A stretch of DNA of 64,000 nucleotides from Patescibacteria group bacterium. Its GTDB lineage: Bacteria > Patescibacteriota > Minisyncoccia > UBA6257 > 1-14-0-10-40-38. The notes under the pieces were generated by a model. The model saw only the letters and a list, made by a program, of their open reading frames with translations, made no database searches and was not told where the DNA came from. Made by a program: the position numbers and the translations under genes. Location of the stretch: NCBI GenBank assembly GCA_038064975.1, contig JBBTRX010000002.1, positions 880 to 64,879 on the forward strand, read 5' to 3'. This document shows positions 9,473 through 20,244 of the stretch, one piece after another; the first letter of the stretch is position 1, and each line of letters opens with the position of its first letter.

Positions 9473-10405
9473 TTAGACATATAATACTTCTTCTTCGAGT
9501 GATATGCCAAATTCTTTAAGTGTCTTTGCTTTAATAAGTTCGATCAATTCCCGAACATCAGAAGCGGCAGCGTTTTTCGCGTTAACGATAAAATTTGGAT
9601 GCTTCCGCGAAACTATCGCTCCTCCTTTTCGAGCTCCCCGAAATCCTAGCGCGGCAATCACAACTGCGGCAGGAATAACGGGAAACGGATCTGTTTTAAG
9701 CGCAAATTCAAATTTCTTTTGAACCTGCTCTGAAACACTCGCGACTGGAATATTTTTAAAGATACTTCCGATATTCGGATAATCCATCGGATGCCGATCG
9801 TGCCGAAAACGTATCTTCTCATGCACGCTCTCCCGTATGCTATGAGGGTTACCGCGTGTGAGATGTAATACCGCTGACAGAATAATTTCCTTATCAGCTG
9901 CTTTTTTAAAAACACTTGTGCGGTATCCAAACTCGCATACCGCATTTTTGCGCACAATAATCTCCGGATGTTCTCCGTAGAACGCGAGACTCGTTACTTC
10001 TTCCACTACATCTTTTATTTCTCCGCCGAATGCTCCGGCATTCCCCCGAATAGCACCCCCTAGCATACCTGGAAGTCCGCCAGCCCATTCCAGTCCCGAA
10101 AGACTGTGACTTGCTACGCGACTAAGCAAGTCGTGCATAAGTACTCCGCTTCCTGCAATCGCCGTCGTGTCACGTATAGAAATCTGCTGCAACATCGGCC
10201 GAACAACGAGCCCAGGGAACCCTTTATCCCTGAAAATAATATTTGTTCCCCCACCGAGCACAAAAAGAGGAATCTTTTTATACTTCGCCCAGCTAATCGC
10301 GCCGACTATATCTTCTTTTGTTTTTGGTTCAGTAAAATAAAGCGCTGGTCCGCCGATACGGTAGTTGCTATAACGAGACAATAAGACGTTCTCAAAAATT
10401 TCCAT
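9473..10405 (-). CDS. murB: UDP-N-acetylmuramate dehydrogenase
   Basis: RIGGPA, LGGGTN, GNAGAFG, FGYRTSVF, GSIFKN, KHPNFIVN. Confidence 0.96.
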   Translation of the reverse strand: MEIFENVLLSRYSNYRIGGPALYFTEPKTKEDIVGAISWAKYKKIPLFVLGGGTNIIFRDKGFPGLVVRPMLQQISIRDTTAIAGSGVLMHDLLSRVASHSLSGLEWAGGLPGMLGGAIRGNAGAFGGEIKDVVEEVTSLAFYGEHPEIIVRKNAVCEFGYRTSVFKKAADKEIILSAVLHLTRGNPHSIRESVHEKIRFRHDRHPMDYPNIGSIFKNIPVASVSEQVQKKFEFALKTDPFPVIPAAVVIAALGFRGARKGGAIVSRKHPNFIVNAKNAAASDVRELIELIKAKTLKEFGISLEEEVLYV

Positions 10406-10607
10406 AATAGTGAACCCATCTCAAAAAACCAGCACGGCTACGAGGCGGAGCGACACCGAAATGAAAGAAATTGATGCATATCCTTGAGTCCCCCTGTGGG
10501 TCACACACGGTGACCTCCATTGCTATTTGTATTGAATGAGTGCTCGCATGTGACCCACGGGAAGACCTGATCTTGTACGAATACCCGTTCAGTGTAGCGT
10601 AACGCAA

Positions 10608-10707
10608 CTCAAACTAAAACCCCGCTTGCGCGGGGTTTTAGCTACAAATAGCTTGAGGGGCATTCCTTAACGGTTTAACAGCTAGGGAACACTCACACCC
10701 ATTCCTA
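10608..10707 (-). ncRNA. Candidate ~100-nt small RNA (promoter, hairpin, terminator)
   Basis: TTGACT-17-TAGTCT at 10714..10742; GU-rich hairpin; terminator AAAACCCCGC-GCAA-GCGGGGTTTT. Confidence 0.4.
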
Positions 10708-10748
10708 TCTAAAAGACTAGCGCAAAATGAGGAAAAAGTCAAGCGCCA

Positions 10749-11528
10749 CTACCGAACTTCGTATGTTACCGTCACGTTTACCGTCACATCTTGGCTTCCC
10801 GGCTCAATCGTAGGAGACGGAACTGAAGCAGCATCAGATCCCCCCATGCCATACGCCGCCTCAGTCTTAAAGTACATCGGGTATCCTCCCGATCCTTCAG
10901 AGAACGTAACTACCCTCTTAATACGAACACCATTTGCCTTTGCCATCGCCTGCGCTTTAGCGCGCGCTTTTTCAAAAGCTTCCTCTCGAGCAACATTTAA
11001 GAATGTATCCGGATCTTCAACATCAAAGGAAAGATTATCAATTTGATTAATCCCCTTTCCCGGCAATGCACCAAGAATCGTAGGAACCTTTTCAAAATCT
11101 CTAATCTTCACCCGCACCGTTTGCATAACGCGATATCCAGAGAGCACCTGCGTTCCGCCTGGATATTGTATTGATTCTCTCAAATAATCGTATTTGGGAT
11201 AGAGATTATAGTTCTCTGTCTTAATATCTTTTGCTTCAATACCTTCTGCTTTTATGAACGCTATAGCATCGTTCATTTTTTGCGTGTTTTCGGTCTGGAT
11301 TTTTTTAGGGTCCATTCCTTCCGTTACAACGGAAAATGAAAGAGAGGCAATGTCGGGAGATACAACCGTCTTCCCTTCTGCCGAAACCGTAATCGTGTGT
11401 TGATCCGGAAAGACAGGAAGTCCGAAGATAAGTATTTTCCAAATAATAATAGCTGCCGCAAGAAGAATAAGGTTCAGCGTCACCCAAAAGAAATTTTTTG
11501 ATCTAATTGTTTCAGAGACATTAAGCAT
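10749..11528 (-). CDS. SIMPL/DUF541 domain protein
   Basis: ITVSAEG...PDIA, IKTENYNLYPKY, IEPGSQDVTVNVTVTY. Confidence 0.9.
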   Translation of the reverse strand: MLNVSETIRSKNFFWVTLNLILLAAAIIIWKILIFGLPVFPDQHTITVSAEGKTVVSPDIASLSFSVVTEGMDPKKIQTENTQKMNDAIAFIKAEGIEAKDIKTENYNLYPKYDYLRESIQYPGGTQVLSGYRVMQTVRVKIRDFEKVPTILGALPGKGINQIDNLSFDVEDPDTFLNVAREEAFEKARAKAQAMAKANGVRIKRVVTFSEGSGGYPMYFKTEAAYGMGGSDAASVPSPTIEPGSQDVTVNVTVTYEVR

Positions 11529-12246
11529 AGTTTTTTGCAATAGCGATTATTTTTGTAATTTCCGATTCATGTAAACTTGCGCCCCCCACTAACGCTCCAT
11601 CTATTCCGTGAAGCCCAAGAAATTCCTCTGCATTCCCGCTCGTAACCGACCCCCCATAGAGCACCGAGATTGTGCTCCCCGGATGAAGCGCTTGCGTGAG
11701 ACTCCGAATTATTGTCGCAGCCTCTTCAATACTCTTTGGATCATCAGCAATGCCCGTTCCGATAGCCCAAATTGGCTCATAGGCAACGATGAATTCGCGA
11801 GGCGCAGGACCGAGGCACTGGAACACGGCACGGAGTTCGCGTTCAATTACCTCCTTTCGTTTTCCGGCTTCTTTTTCTCCATGAGACTCTCCGACACAGA
11901 CCACGGGCATAATGCCGTTGCGGAGCAAGCTCATAGTTTTCTTACCTACCATTTCGTCGGTTTCTCCGAAATGAACTCTTCGTTCAGAATGTCCCACGAT
12001 ACCATATTGAACTCCCATCTCGGTAAGTTGTGACGCCGAAACAGAGCCCGTAAACGCCCCTCTATCTTCCCAAAAAACATCCTGAGATCCTAATTTTGCT
12101 TTCGTTAAAACTGATTTTACAGCGCTAAGAAAGGGAAAAGGCGGAGCAACGACAACATTCTCCTCATCAGAAACTTTAGCAAGAAGAGTAACCTCTTTAA
12201 GAGTCTGGGGATTCAACTTCCAATTTGCAACGATTAATTTAGTCAT
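11521..12246 (-). CDS. tpiA: Triosephosphate isomerase
   Basis: ANWK, GHSERR, AYEPIWAIGTG, LYGGSV, LVGGASL. Confidence 0.97.
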   Translation of the reverse strand: MTKLIVANWKLNPQTLKEVTLLAKVSDEENVVVAPPFPFLSAVKSVLTKAKLGSQDVFWEDRGAFTGSVSASQLTEMGVQYGIVGHSERRVHFGETDEMVGKKTMSLLRNGIMPVVCVGESHGEKEAGKRKEVIERELRAVFQCLGPAPREFIVAYEPIWAIGTGIADDPKSIEEAATIIRSLTQALHPGSTISVLYGGSVTSGNAEEFLGLHGIDGALVGGASLHESEITKIIAIAKNYA

Positions 12247-12252
12247 AGCGGG

Positions 12253-12765
12253 TTAGGAAATAAATTGAAAAAATCCTGAAATAATAAAAACATCAATAAG
12301 TGCAACAGTTACTGCCCCCAACACAAGCGCGACAAAGGAATGCTTAAATGGAACTCCGAATACAAACGCAGCGACTGTCCCTCCCCATACTCCGGTCAAG
12401 GGCCCTGGCACTGCGACAAAAACATAAAGAGCAACTGCCTTCCAGAAATCTATTTTTTTTGTTTCAAGCGTTTCCACTCCTTCCTGGATCTCATATTTCG
12501 CAAAATGCTTTCCGTGCTTCCTTTGCGTATAACTGAAAAGCCAGGTAAAAAAACGATTACAAAGATAGATGCGTCGCATCAAAAACGAAACGAAATGATT
12601 CCAGAATATGAGGAGGAGCGGAGTTATCGCAACTGTTCCCAGTATAGCAAGTAAAAATGCTTTTACTGCGGAGAAGTGGAAAACGCCGATCGCGGTCGTA
12701 ATGGCTCCATGAGCTTCCAACGTTGGCGTCATTGCGATAAGTACGGTAATAAATTCTTGCCCCAT
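12253..12765 (-). CDS. COG2426 / putative small multi-drug export membrane protein
   Basis: AMTPTLEAHGAI; FVAVPGPLTGVWGG. Confidence 0.75.
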   Translation of the reverse strand: MGQEFITVLIAMTPTLEAHGAITTAIGVFHFSAVKAFLLAILGTVAITPLLLIFWNHFVSFLMRRIYLCNRFFTWLFSYTQRKHGKHFAKYEIQEGVETLETKKIDFWKAVALYVFVAVPGPLTGVWGGTVAAFVFGVPFKHSFVALVLGAVTVALIDVFIISGFFQFIS

Positions 12766-12766
12766 G

Positions 12767-13768
12767 TTACACACGATTCTGTTTAAACATGTTCGCTGCA
12801 TCATCGGGATTTACCGAAATAATATCAATGCCTGTGCCGAGTTCAAATCCCGCGTCAATATTTGTCTTGGGAACAATTTCAATATGCCAATGATAATGCT
12901 CATACTTCTCCTTGTCTTTCACAGGAGAAGTATGAATGAAAAAATTATAATCCGGATCATTTAACGTTTTTCTCATAAGCCCAAGCGCTTGATGGAGAAC
13001 TTGAACAACGCTCGCGATCTCACCCGGCGGAGTATCTTCAAAATAAGGCAAGTGCCGTTTTGGAAATACTCTAATTTCAAAATTAGTGCGCGAGGTAAAC
13101 GGCGTTATCGCGATAGCATGTTCGTTTTCAACAATAATACGCTTCCCTTCTTTAAGCTCCCATTCCACAAGTGCACAGTGTACGCATTGCCCGTGATTTT
13201 TAAAATACTCATGCGATCCGACAAGGGAATGCCGGATATCCGGAGGAATAACCGGGATACTGATAATTTGAAAATGTGGATGATACAGCGATGCTCCCGC
13301 GCTCGCTCCCCAATTATGAAACATTGAAACATATGAAATACACTCTTCTTGCAGCATTGTCTGATAGCGTCCTCTAAAAGCCTGGAAGACTCCCACTGCT
13401 TCTTCTAGTGGCACCGAAGCAAAGTCAGTATCATGATCGCGCATTACTACGATATCGTGATGTCCAATGCCTTCCGTCACTAAAAAAGGGCCTTTCTCGT
13501 GGATAACCGGACAAACGCCATGATGGGTAAAAGCCGGAAATTTATTCGGAATAATAATAACGTTCCAATCACGCTCATCTCCAATCCTCAAAATCGGCTT
13601 TACTGTTTCAAGTTGTTTATGCTCAAAAGGACACGTTGATTTTGGAGCACGCTTTCTGGATTTTTTTGTCTCCAATTCGTGCGGCCGATTCCCCCGCTTA
13701 GGAGCAACAACAATCCAATCGCCTGAAATTAAATCTTGCCGCAGCTCGGATAATTCTTGGTTTTCCAT
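12767..13768 (-). CDS. galT: Galactose-1-phosphate uridylyltransferase (HIT family)
   Basis: ELRQD...WIVVAPKRGNRP; GASLYHPHFQ; HWHIEI. Confidence 0.9.
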   Translation of the reverse strand: MENQELSELRQDLISGDWIVVAPKRGNRPHELETKKSRKRAPKSTCPFEHKQLETVKPILRIGDERDWNVIIIPNKFPAFTHHGVCPVIHEKGPFLVTEGIGHHDIVVMRDHDTDFASVPLEEAVGVFQAFRGRYQTMLQEECISYVSMFHNWGASAGASLYHPHFQIISIPVIPPDIRHSLVGSHEYFKNHGQCVHCALVEWELKEGKRIIVENEHAIAITPFTSRTNFEIRVFPKRHLPYFEDTPPGEIASVVQVLHQALGLMRKTLNDPDYNFFIHTSPVKDKEKYEHYHWHIEIVPKTNIDAGFELGTGIDIISVNPDDAANMFKQNRV

Positions 13769-13776
13769 AATACTCC

Positions 13777-15654
13777 TTATTCTTCGTCTGAAATGTTTAA
13801 ACGATTATCATAATACCATTGGAGGACGTCTTTTGCGATTGGAAGCGTGTTCAAACTGCCTTCGCGCGCATTTTCCACGAGTATAAGAATTGCAATTTCA
13901 GGATTTTCTGCTGGAGCATAACCAATAAAGAGCGCGTTGGTTTTTGCATTGTTATTAGTTTGAGCACTTCCCGTTTTTCCGGAAACTGAGATCGGCAGGC
14001 CATTAAGAAAATGAGCCGTCCCATATGGTTTTGTGACCGCATCACGCATTCCTTCGCGCACAACTCTTACGGCATCGGTCCACGATGAATAATCTCCAAC
14101 AATTTCCGGCTCAAGGTTATTGTTTAAGAACGGCTTATAGAGCACTCCACCGTTTGCAAGCGAAGCAGTGAAAACGGCAAGCTGCATCGGTGTTACTAAA
14201 AGATCTCCTTGCCCGATAGAAATATTATACGTATCTCCCAAGCGCCATGGTTCACCCATTCTCTTTTCTTTAAGCTCCGGGTCAGGCAAAAATCCGGCGC
14301 CTTCGTGAGCAATATCAATTCCGGTCAATGCCCCGAATCGCATAAGTTCCCAATAATGCTTCAAGCGATCAATGCCCAGGCCATGAAAATCAAGACCGCC
14401 GCTCGTAAGCTCTCCCCGAGGAACACTCGAGGGCAATCCCCCTCCAACGCTGTAAAAATAAATATTACTTGATTTGGCAAGCGCAGAGCGCACATCAACC
14501 CATCCATGAGCTTTCCAATCGAGAAAAAAACTTGGTTTGTCTGGATAATAAGGGTTTGGAATTTCAAGTTTGCCCGCGGAATATACCCGCGTTTCTGGAG
14601 TCGCAATATTTTCCCTTAGCGTCGCAAGCGCGACAAGAGGTTTGATAGTAGATCCCGGGCTGTATGCCCCAGAAACAGCACGGTTAAAAAGAGGCTGACG
14701 CGCATCTAAAAGAATAGGGGCCCTACTTTTACTTTCCAGTGGATCGACAAAAACGTTTGGATCAAAACTCGGTAAGCTTACAAGAGAAAGAACGGCGCCT
14801 GTCCGCGGATCAAGAGCAATGCCAACTCCTGAATCTCTGCCAAGCGATTCAAGGCCAGATCGCAAACGATTATGAAAAAAATTTTGAAGTTCGGCATCAA
14901 TGGAGAGTTTAAGTGATTCGCTAGATTCAGGTTCACGAACTAAATGTTCATCAATAATAGTACCAAGTGCGTCCTGATAGACGCCGTAGGCGCCTTCTCG
15001 CCCCTTAATTTCCAGATCATATGTTTCTTCCAATCCTGCTTTTCCAACAACTTTATTCTTATCTCCAATACCGGTATAGCCCACAATATGGGCCGCTGCA
15101 GCGCCATAGGGATACACACGAATAGAATCATCAATGACGCGCACTGCATCATCGTTTAATCCTTTAATAGCAATCGCCTCCTCATTAGTAATACCGCGCT
15201 TTATAACAATCCATTGATTCTCTTCAAAATCAGTTTGAGAGACGGCACTCACAAAAAATTCAGGATCAAGACTAAGCATCGCGGTAAGATCTTGCTCTAT
15301 CCGCACGCGATACTCCGCGTCACGTGCGACACGAGCAGTATCAATAAGAACTGAAAACGAACTTTTATTGTCCGCGAGAACTTCTCCGTTGCGATCAACG
15401 ATGATGGCGCGATACGCCGGAATCTGAATTTCATGGGCGACATTAGCAGCGGCACGTTGTTCGTAAAACGCGCCCTTCACGACAGTAAAGAAAATGGTCT
15501 TACCGAACACGACTGAAATGAGTAGCACCGCTATTCCTCCGATAAGAAAAAAGGCTCCTCGCGATGCCGGCAATTCCCGATACCGATTATCGGTATCGCA
15601 TACTGCGTCAAAAATGGCTTCGTCCAGATTGAGATCGGATTGTTTGTGGTGCAT
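13777..15654 (-). CDS. mrdA: Penicillin-binding protein 2
   Basis: PGSTIK, SSN, KTG motifs; in mre operon. Confidence 0.92.
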   Translation of the reverse strand: MHHKQSDLNLDEAIFDAVCDTDNRYRELPASRGAFFLIGGIAVLLISVVFGKTIFFTVVKGAFYEQRAAANVAHEIQIPAYRAIIVDRNGEVLADNKSSFSVLIDTARVARDAEYRVRIEQDLTAMLSLDPEFFVSAVSQTDFEENQWIVIKRGITNEEAIAIKGLNDDAVRVIDDSIRVYPYGAAAAHIVGYTGIGDKNKVVGKAGLEETYDLEIKGREGAYGVYQDALGTIIDEHLVREPESSESLKLSIDAELQNFFHNRLRSGLESLGRDSGVGIALDPRTGAVLSLVSLPSFDPNVFVDPLESKSRAPILLDARQPLFNRAVSGAYSPGSTIKPLVALATLRENIATPETRVYSAGKLEIPNPYYPDKPSFFLDWKAHGWVDVRSALAKSSNIYFYSVGGGLPSSVPRGELTSGGLDFHGLGIDRLKHYWELMRFGALTGIDIAHEGAGFLPDPELKEKRMGEPWRLGDTYNISIGQGDLLVTPMQLAVFTASLANGGVLYKPFLNNNLEPEIVGDYSSWTDAVRVVREGMRDAVTKPYGTAHFLNGLPISVSGKTGSAQTNNNAKTNALFIGYAPAENPEIAILILVENAREGSLNTLPIAKDVLQWYYDNRLNISDEE

Positions 15655-16105
15655 GTGTTTCAACAAAAAGAAGGATCAAATATGCGCCTAAGCTTACCAC
15701 GCTATTATAGACCATTTCCCAGAGAACTGTAACAAAATGTTCGCGAATAAATCCCGGGTCCGAAATAGCATATACGCCAAGTGTTGCGAAGATTACCGTA
15801 ACCACCATATTAATAGCACGGCGTCCCGGAAGACGAGGCAAAGTAAATAGAGCAGCAAACGCAATAATGAATACAGCAAACGCGACAAAATCAAAACCAA
15901 TATTAAATCTAATAAGTGAGGCTCCCAGAAGTGCTGAAGCAGTGTAGAGCAAGACTTCGGGGGCAAAAGCCGCGTAGGCAATAAGTATCGCGAGAACGGC
16001 ATTCGGCACGATTCCCTCCACCGCAAAGAAATGTTTTGTTTGAATAAACGCTGCACCCACAACGAAAATAAGCGCCAGAAAAAATACGGCCGCTTTCTTA
16101 CTCAT
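15608..16105 (-). CDS. mreD: MreD-like membrane protein
   Basis: Hydrophobic; between mreC and PBP2. Confidence 0.7.
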   Translation of the reverse strand: MSKKAAVFFLALIFVVGAAFIQTKHFFAVEGIVPNAVLAILIAYAAFAPEVLLYTASALLGASLIRFNIGFDFVAFAVFIIAFAALFTLPRLPGRRAINMVVTVIFATLGVYAISDPGFIREHFVTVLWEMVYNSVVSLGAYLILLFVETHAPQTIRSQSGRSHF

Positions 16106-16818
16106 GATTCAAGAAGCACCATTACTTCCGTAACCGACGCCGCATCATAAGGAAGGCGTACAGTCGCCTCTTGAAATGTTAATTCAGGAGTGTAAAGCGC
16201 ATCCTCAACTAATCCAAGAATAAGCCCGTAAGGAAAATCTTTTGAAGAAACATAAACAGTATCACCTTTAGTAATGCTCTCGTTTTTTAAAATAAGGGTA
16301 AGCCGTGGATCCCGTCCTCCTACAAAAAGAGCATTCACTCCATCATTGCCAATTTTTGCCGGAACTTCCCATTCTAGATCAAAGACGGTTTGTACAATAC
16401 TGCGATGATCTGATGCATCTACGACACGCCCAAAGAGAAACGCATCATTAAAAAGCACCGGCATCCCAGACGTGACGCCATCTAGAGTTCCCGCATTTAT
16501 GGAAACTAAGTGATGACTGTTTGTGGGATACGTTGAATACACTTTTGCGATAACGGCCTTCTTTCCGTCAAAAAGTATAGGCCGCGCCTCACGTTCAATC
16601 ACAAAGAGTTGAGCGCGCAATGCTTCATTTTCCTGTTCCAGTATTCGCACCTGTTCGCTGTTCGCACCTTCAAAAATATTTGCTAAAAAGCGTGTCGGCA
16701 CTTGAGCGCTTCTCATCGCAGAATCCATCACTGCATCTTTTTTAGACAGAGCGTCATTACTAAAGAAGAAAAATCCGCTGAAAGCAAAGATGAGAGTGAT
16801 GAAAAGAAATCTGCGCAT
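16102..16818 (-). CDS. mreC: Rod shape-determining protein MreC
   Basis: LEQENEALRAQL coil, INAGTLDGV, PYGLILG. Confidence 0.9.
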   Translation of the reverse strand: MRRFLFITLIFAFSGFFFFSNDALSKKDAVMDSAMRSAQVPTRFLANIFEGANSEQVRILEQENEALRAQLFVIEREARPILFDGKKAVIAKVYSTYPTNSHHLVSINAGTLDGVTSGMPVLFNDAFLFGRVVDASDHRSIVQTVFDLEWEVPAKIGNDGVNALFVGGRDPRLTLILKNESITKGDTVYVSSKDFPYGLILGLVEDALYTPELTFQEATVRLPYDAASVTEVMVLLES

Positions 16819-16824
16819 GAAAGG

Positions 16825-17871
16825 TTATAATTTAATATCTTTAGGATTCTGAGGATTATCAAACAGATGAAGATATTTCGGCAACTGCTCAATCGCTACA
16901 CCAGTACCTCGAGCAACACAGGTCAAAGGGTCATCCACAACGGTGGTTCGTACGGAAAGTTCACGGGCTACAAGCTGATCAATACCGCGAAGAAGACTTC
17001 CTCCTCCGCAAAGATGAATGCCTTGGCGAAGAATATCTCCTGACAATTCCGGAGGAGAAGTTTCCAACACCTCACGGATCGCGTCCACTATCCCCTTTAA
17101 TGATTTTACGATAGCTGCGCGCACTTGGGTATCCCGAATTATTAACTCTTTTGGAAGACCGGTCGCAAGGTCTCTTCCGCGAATATGCATTTCCAGTTTT
17201 TCGGTGATGGGAAGCGCAGAACCGATCGCAAGCTTAATGTCTTCTGCTGTCGCCTCGCCAATTGCGAGCTTGAATTCATCTCGGACGAAACGCATAATGT
17301 CGTCATTTAATTTATCTCCTGCAATGCGTAAACTCTTTGACGTTACTGTTCCTGCCATTGAGATAATGGCTATTTCCGTCGTTCCACCTCCGATATCAAC
17401 AATCATACTCGCTGTCGGCTCATGGACAGGCAGACGGGCACCAAGTGCTGCTGCAAGCGGCTCGTCAATCAGATAGGGTTTAAAAACACCAGCTCCCATG
17501 ACCGCATCCTCAACCGATTTTCGCTCAACCTCCGTAAGACTTGAAGGCACGCCGACCACCGCTTTACGGTAACTGGTAAATGCACTTCCTCCCGAAATCT
17601 TTTTTAGGAAATGCCGAATAATTTCTTGACTCATTTCAAAATCAGAAATAACGCCACCATGAAGAGGGCGCACGATTTCAACGTGAGCGGGCGTGCGACC
17701 AAGCATTCTGCGCGCGCCGTCGCCAACGTCAAGAATTTTATTTGTTTTAGTATTCACGGCGACAATCATCGGTTCGTTAACGACGATGCCCCGCTTCTCA
17801 AGATAGATAAGGAAATTGCTTGTACCTAAATCAATTCCTATATTTTTTCGGACAAAAGAAAAAGCTCGCAT
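16825..17871 (-). CDS. mreB: Rod shape-determining protein MreB
   Basis: GIDLGTSN, DIGGGTTE, GGGSLL. Confidence 0.96.
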   Translation of the reverse strand: MRAFSFVRKNIGIDLGTSNFLIYLEKRGIVVNEPMIVAVNTKTNKILDVGDGARRMLGRTPAHVEIVRPLHGGVISDFEMSQEIIRHFLKKISGGSAFTSYRKAVVGVPSSLTEVERKSVEDAVMGAGVFKPYLIDEPLAAALGARLPVHEPTASMIVDIGGGTTEIAIISMAGTVTSKSLRIAGDKLNDDIMRFVRDEFKLAIGEATAEDIKLAIGSALPITEKLEMHIRGRDLATGLPKELIIRDTQVRAAIVKSLKGIVDAIREVLETSPPELSGDILRQGIHLCGGGSLLRGIDQLVARELSVRTTVVDDPLTCVARGTGVAIEQLPKYLHLFDNPQNPKDIKL

Positions 17872-17909
17872 AATAGTGTTGCGAGCGGCGACTTCTGCAA
17901 AGCTTTTTC

Positions 17910-19145
17910 TTATTTGAGTATCGTGAAAACAGCATCCATAGACATTCGTTTCCCTTCTTTCTCGGTGCGTTTTTTCACCTCAAAATCAGGAGCTGTTTTT
18001 GTGCTAATAAGTACACGATAAGGAATCCCAATAAGATCAGCATCGGCGAACTTTTCGCCTGCAGTCACGCCGTCTCGGTCATCATATAATACAGTAATTT
18101 TTTTCTTTTGCAATTTTGTGTAACATGCCTCCGCTTGAGCACGAATTTCGTCACTACTTCCCGGTAATAACAATAAATGAACTTGGAACGGCGCGGATGA
18201 CTCAGGCCATACAAGCCCTCTCTCGTCATTATAAATTTCCGCTATTGTTCCCATAACGCGCGTAGGCCCAATGCCATACGAACCCATTACCACCGGCTTT
18301 TTTTCTCCGTTCTGATCCGTATAAAAAAGATTAAACGATTCGGCAAATCGCGTACCGAGCCGAAAAATATTTCCGACTTCAATGGATCGTTTTTCAATAA
18401 CACCATCTTGATTTTCGCGAGAAGGATCATATACTTCTTTATTTTTTGCGTATTCCCAACGAGGTGAACAATAAATAGTATCCTCTCCCGCAGTATGAGG
18501 AACTTGGAACTCATGTGTGAATTCTTTTGTGAATGCTCCCCCGCTCGCCTCTGTGATAATCGTTTCAAGATTCAAGCGATTAAAAATCTTGGTGTACGCC
18601 TCCATGGCTTCTTTGTAAAAACGATCCAAATCTTCGTGGGATGTATGAAAACTGTATAAATCTTTCATGAGAAATTCTCGGCCGCGCAACAGCCCCGCTT
18701 GAGGACGCGCCTCTCTCCTAAACTTAGTTTGGATTTGATACACCGAACGCGGCAAATCTTTATATGACTCAATAAATTTCTTCGCGATGGAGGCGATAAC
18801 TTCTTCATGAGTCCACCCCAGGCCATACTCCGCCTCAAATTCTCCCTTAGCATTCTCCTTTCCAGCACGATAGACGATATCCACATCCCACCGATTAGAA
18901 GCCTGCCAATACGATTTATGAATAAGAGAAGGCATGAAGAGCTCCTGCCCGTGAATTGCATCCATTTCTTCACGAACAACAGTATTAATCCGATTAAGGA
19001 CGCGAAGGCCAAGCGGTAAGAGCGAATAAACGCCCGCCGAAGACTTAGCTATAAAACCACCCCTAATCAAAAGCTGAGCATTCTTGGAGAGCTCATCTTC
19101 GGGGTGCTGTTTTGTCGTTTTGGAAAAAAAACTTGATTGGCGCAT
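17910..19145 (-). CDS. proS: Proline--tRNA ligase (no INS editing domain)
   Basis: QIQTKFRREARP, REFLMKDLYSF, GSYGIG, ADLIGIP; 411 aa. Confidence 0.95.
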   Translation of the reverse strand: MRQSSFFSKTTKQHPEDELSKNAQLLIRGGFIAKSSAGVYSLLPLGLRVLNRINTVVREEMDAIHGQELFMPSLIHKSYWQASNRWDVDIVYRAGKENAKGEFEAEYGLGWTHEEVIASIAKKFIESYKDLPRSVYQIQTKFRREARPQAGLLRGREFLMKDLYSFHTSHEDLDRFYKEAMEAYTKIFNRLNLETIITEASGGAFTKEFTHEFQVPHTAGEDTIYCSPRWEYAKNKEVYDPSRENQDGVIEKRSIEVGNIFRLGTRFAESFNLFYTDQNGEKKPVVMGSYGIGPTRVMGTIAEIYNDERGLVWPESSAPFQVHLLLLPGSSDEIRAQAEACYTKLQKKKITVLYDDRDGVTAGEKFADADLIGIPYRVLISTKTAPDFEVKKRTEKEGKRMSMDAVFTILK

Positions 19146-19216
19146 TCTAGGAAAGATTTTAACAGGAACGGCATTCCGAACACAACTTCAAGAAGAAAAG
19201 GGCAAAAGTACTTTCC

Positions 19217-20242
19217 TTAAAAGAAAATACGTACAACATCCCGCACCGTAACCGCGATCATAGCCAGAATAAGCAGAATAAATCCGATTGCAGTCGCCGT
19301 AAGTTCCCTCTTCGGATTAACGGGAGATCCTTTTACTGCTTCCACGATAAGAAAGAGAAGCCTTCCGCCATCAAGCGCGGGGATGGGCAAAAGATTTAAG
19401 ATCGCTAAGTTCAAAGAAATTAATGCGAGTAATTGGAAAAAATATACGATCCCCAGATCAGCTCCCTGCTGTGCAACTTGGAAGATCCCTACCGGACCAA
19501 CGAAGTTTTCACCACTCGGCGTTCCAGAAAAGAGACTAATAAGAAAACGAGCAATAGCTCCGAACACATCTTTCATGATGCGGAAAGAAGCCATAAATCC
19601 CTCCCCTATGCTATCAAAAAACGGCATGCGCTCTACACCCGTATCCGCAAGCGAAACTCCGAGCGCTCCCTCTCCTTCGGGAACAACCGAGCGAGGAATA
19701 ACTTTGAGTGGAATCTCCTCGCCGGATCGCTGAATGCTAAATGCGATTTCTTGGCCGCGATGTTCTCCCACAAATTCAATAAAAAGACTCGTTGTTTCAA
19801 AACCTAAAATCCGATCTCCTGCCGTGAGCCCAACTAGAGAGGCGGGACTATTTTCTGCAACGCCAGTAACTACAACTGCATTTGGTATTCCGGAAAAGAA
19901 AACAGTTGAGATAAGTATCCATCCGATAATAAAATTCATCACAATCCCAGCTCCGATAATAATCGCCCGCCGCCATACGGCAAGGCGCGCGAAGCTCCGC
20001 TCCGGCGGCACACTTCCCTGTTCTAATTCCGGCCGTTCGCCATAGATTTTTACAAATCCGCCGAAAGGCAAAAGGTTGATGCTATACGTCGTTTCTCCAA
20101 AACGTTTCCCGATAAGACGAGGAGGAAACCCAATACCAAATTCTTCAACCAGAATTCCAAATGATTTTGCAGCAATAAAATGCCCAAGCTCATGAATGAG
20201 GATCAACGCCGAAATACCCAAGATCAGGAAAATAATACTCAT
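19217..20242 (-). CDS. rseP: RIP metalloprotease RseP (M50, PDZ)
   Basis: HELGH, NLLPIPALDGG. Confidence 0.93.
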   Translation of the reverse strand: MSIIFLILGISALILIHELGHFIAAKSFGILVEEFGIGFPPRLIGKRFGETTYSINLLPFGGFVKIYGERPELEQGSVPPERSFARLAVWRRAIIIGAGIVMNFIIGWILISTVFFSGIPNAVVVTGVAENSPASLVGLTAGDRILGFETTSLFIEFVGEHRGQEIAFSIQRSGEEIPLKVIPRSVVPEGEGALGVSLADTGVERMPFFDSIGEGFMASFRIMKDVFGAIARFLISLFSGTPSGENFVGPVGIFQVAQQGADLGIVYFFQLLALISLNLAILNLLPIPALDGGRLLFLIVEAVKGSPVNPKRELTATAIGFILLILAMIAVTVRDVVRIFF

Positions 20243-20244
20243 AG

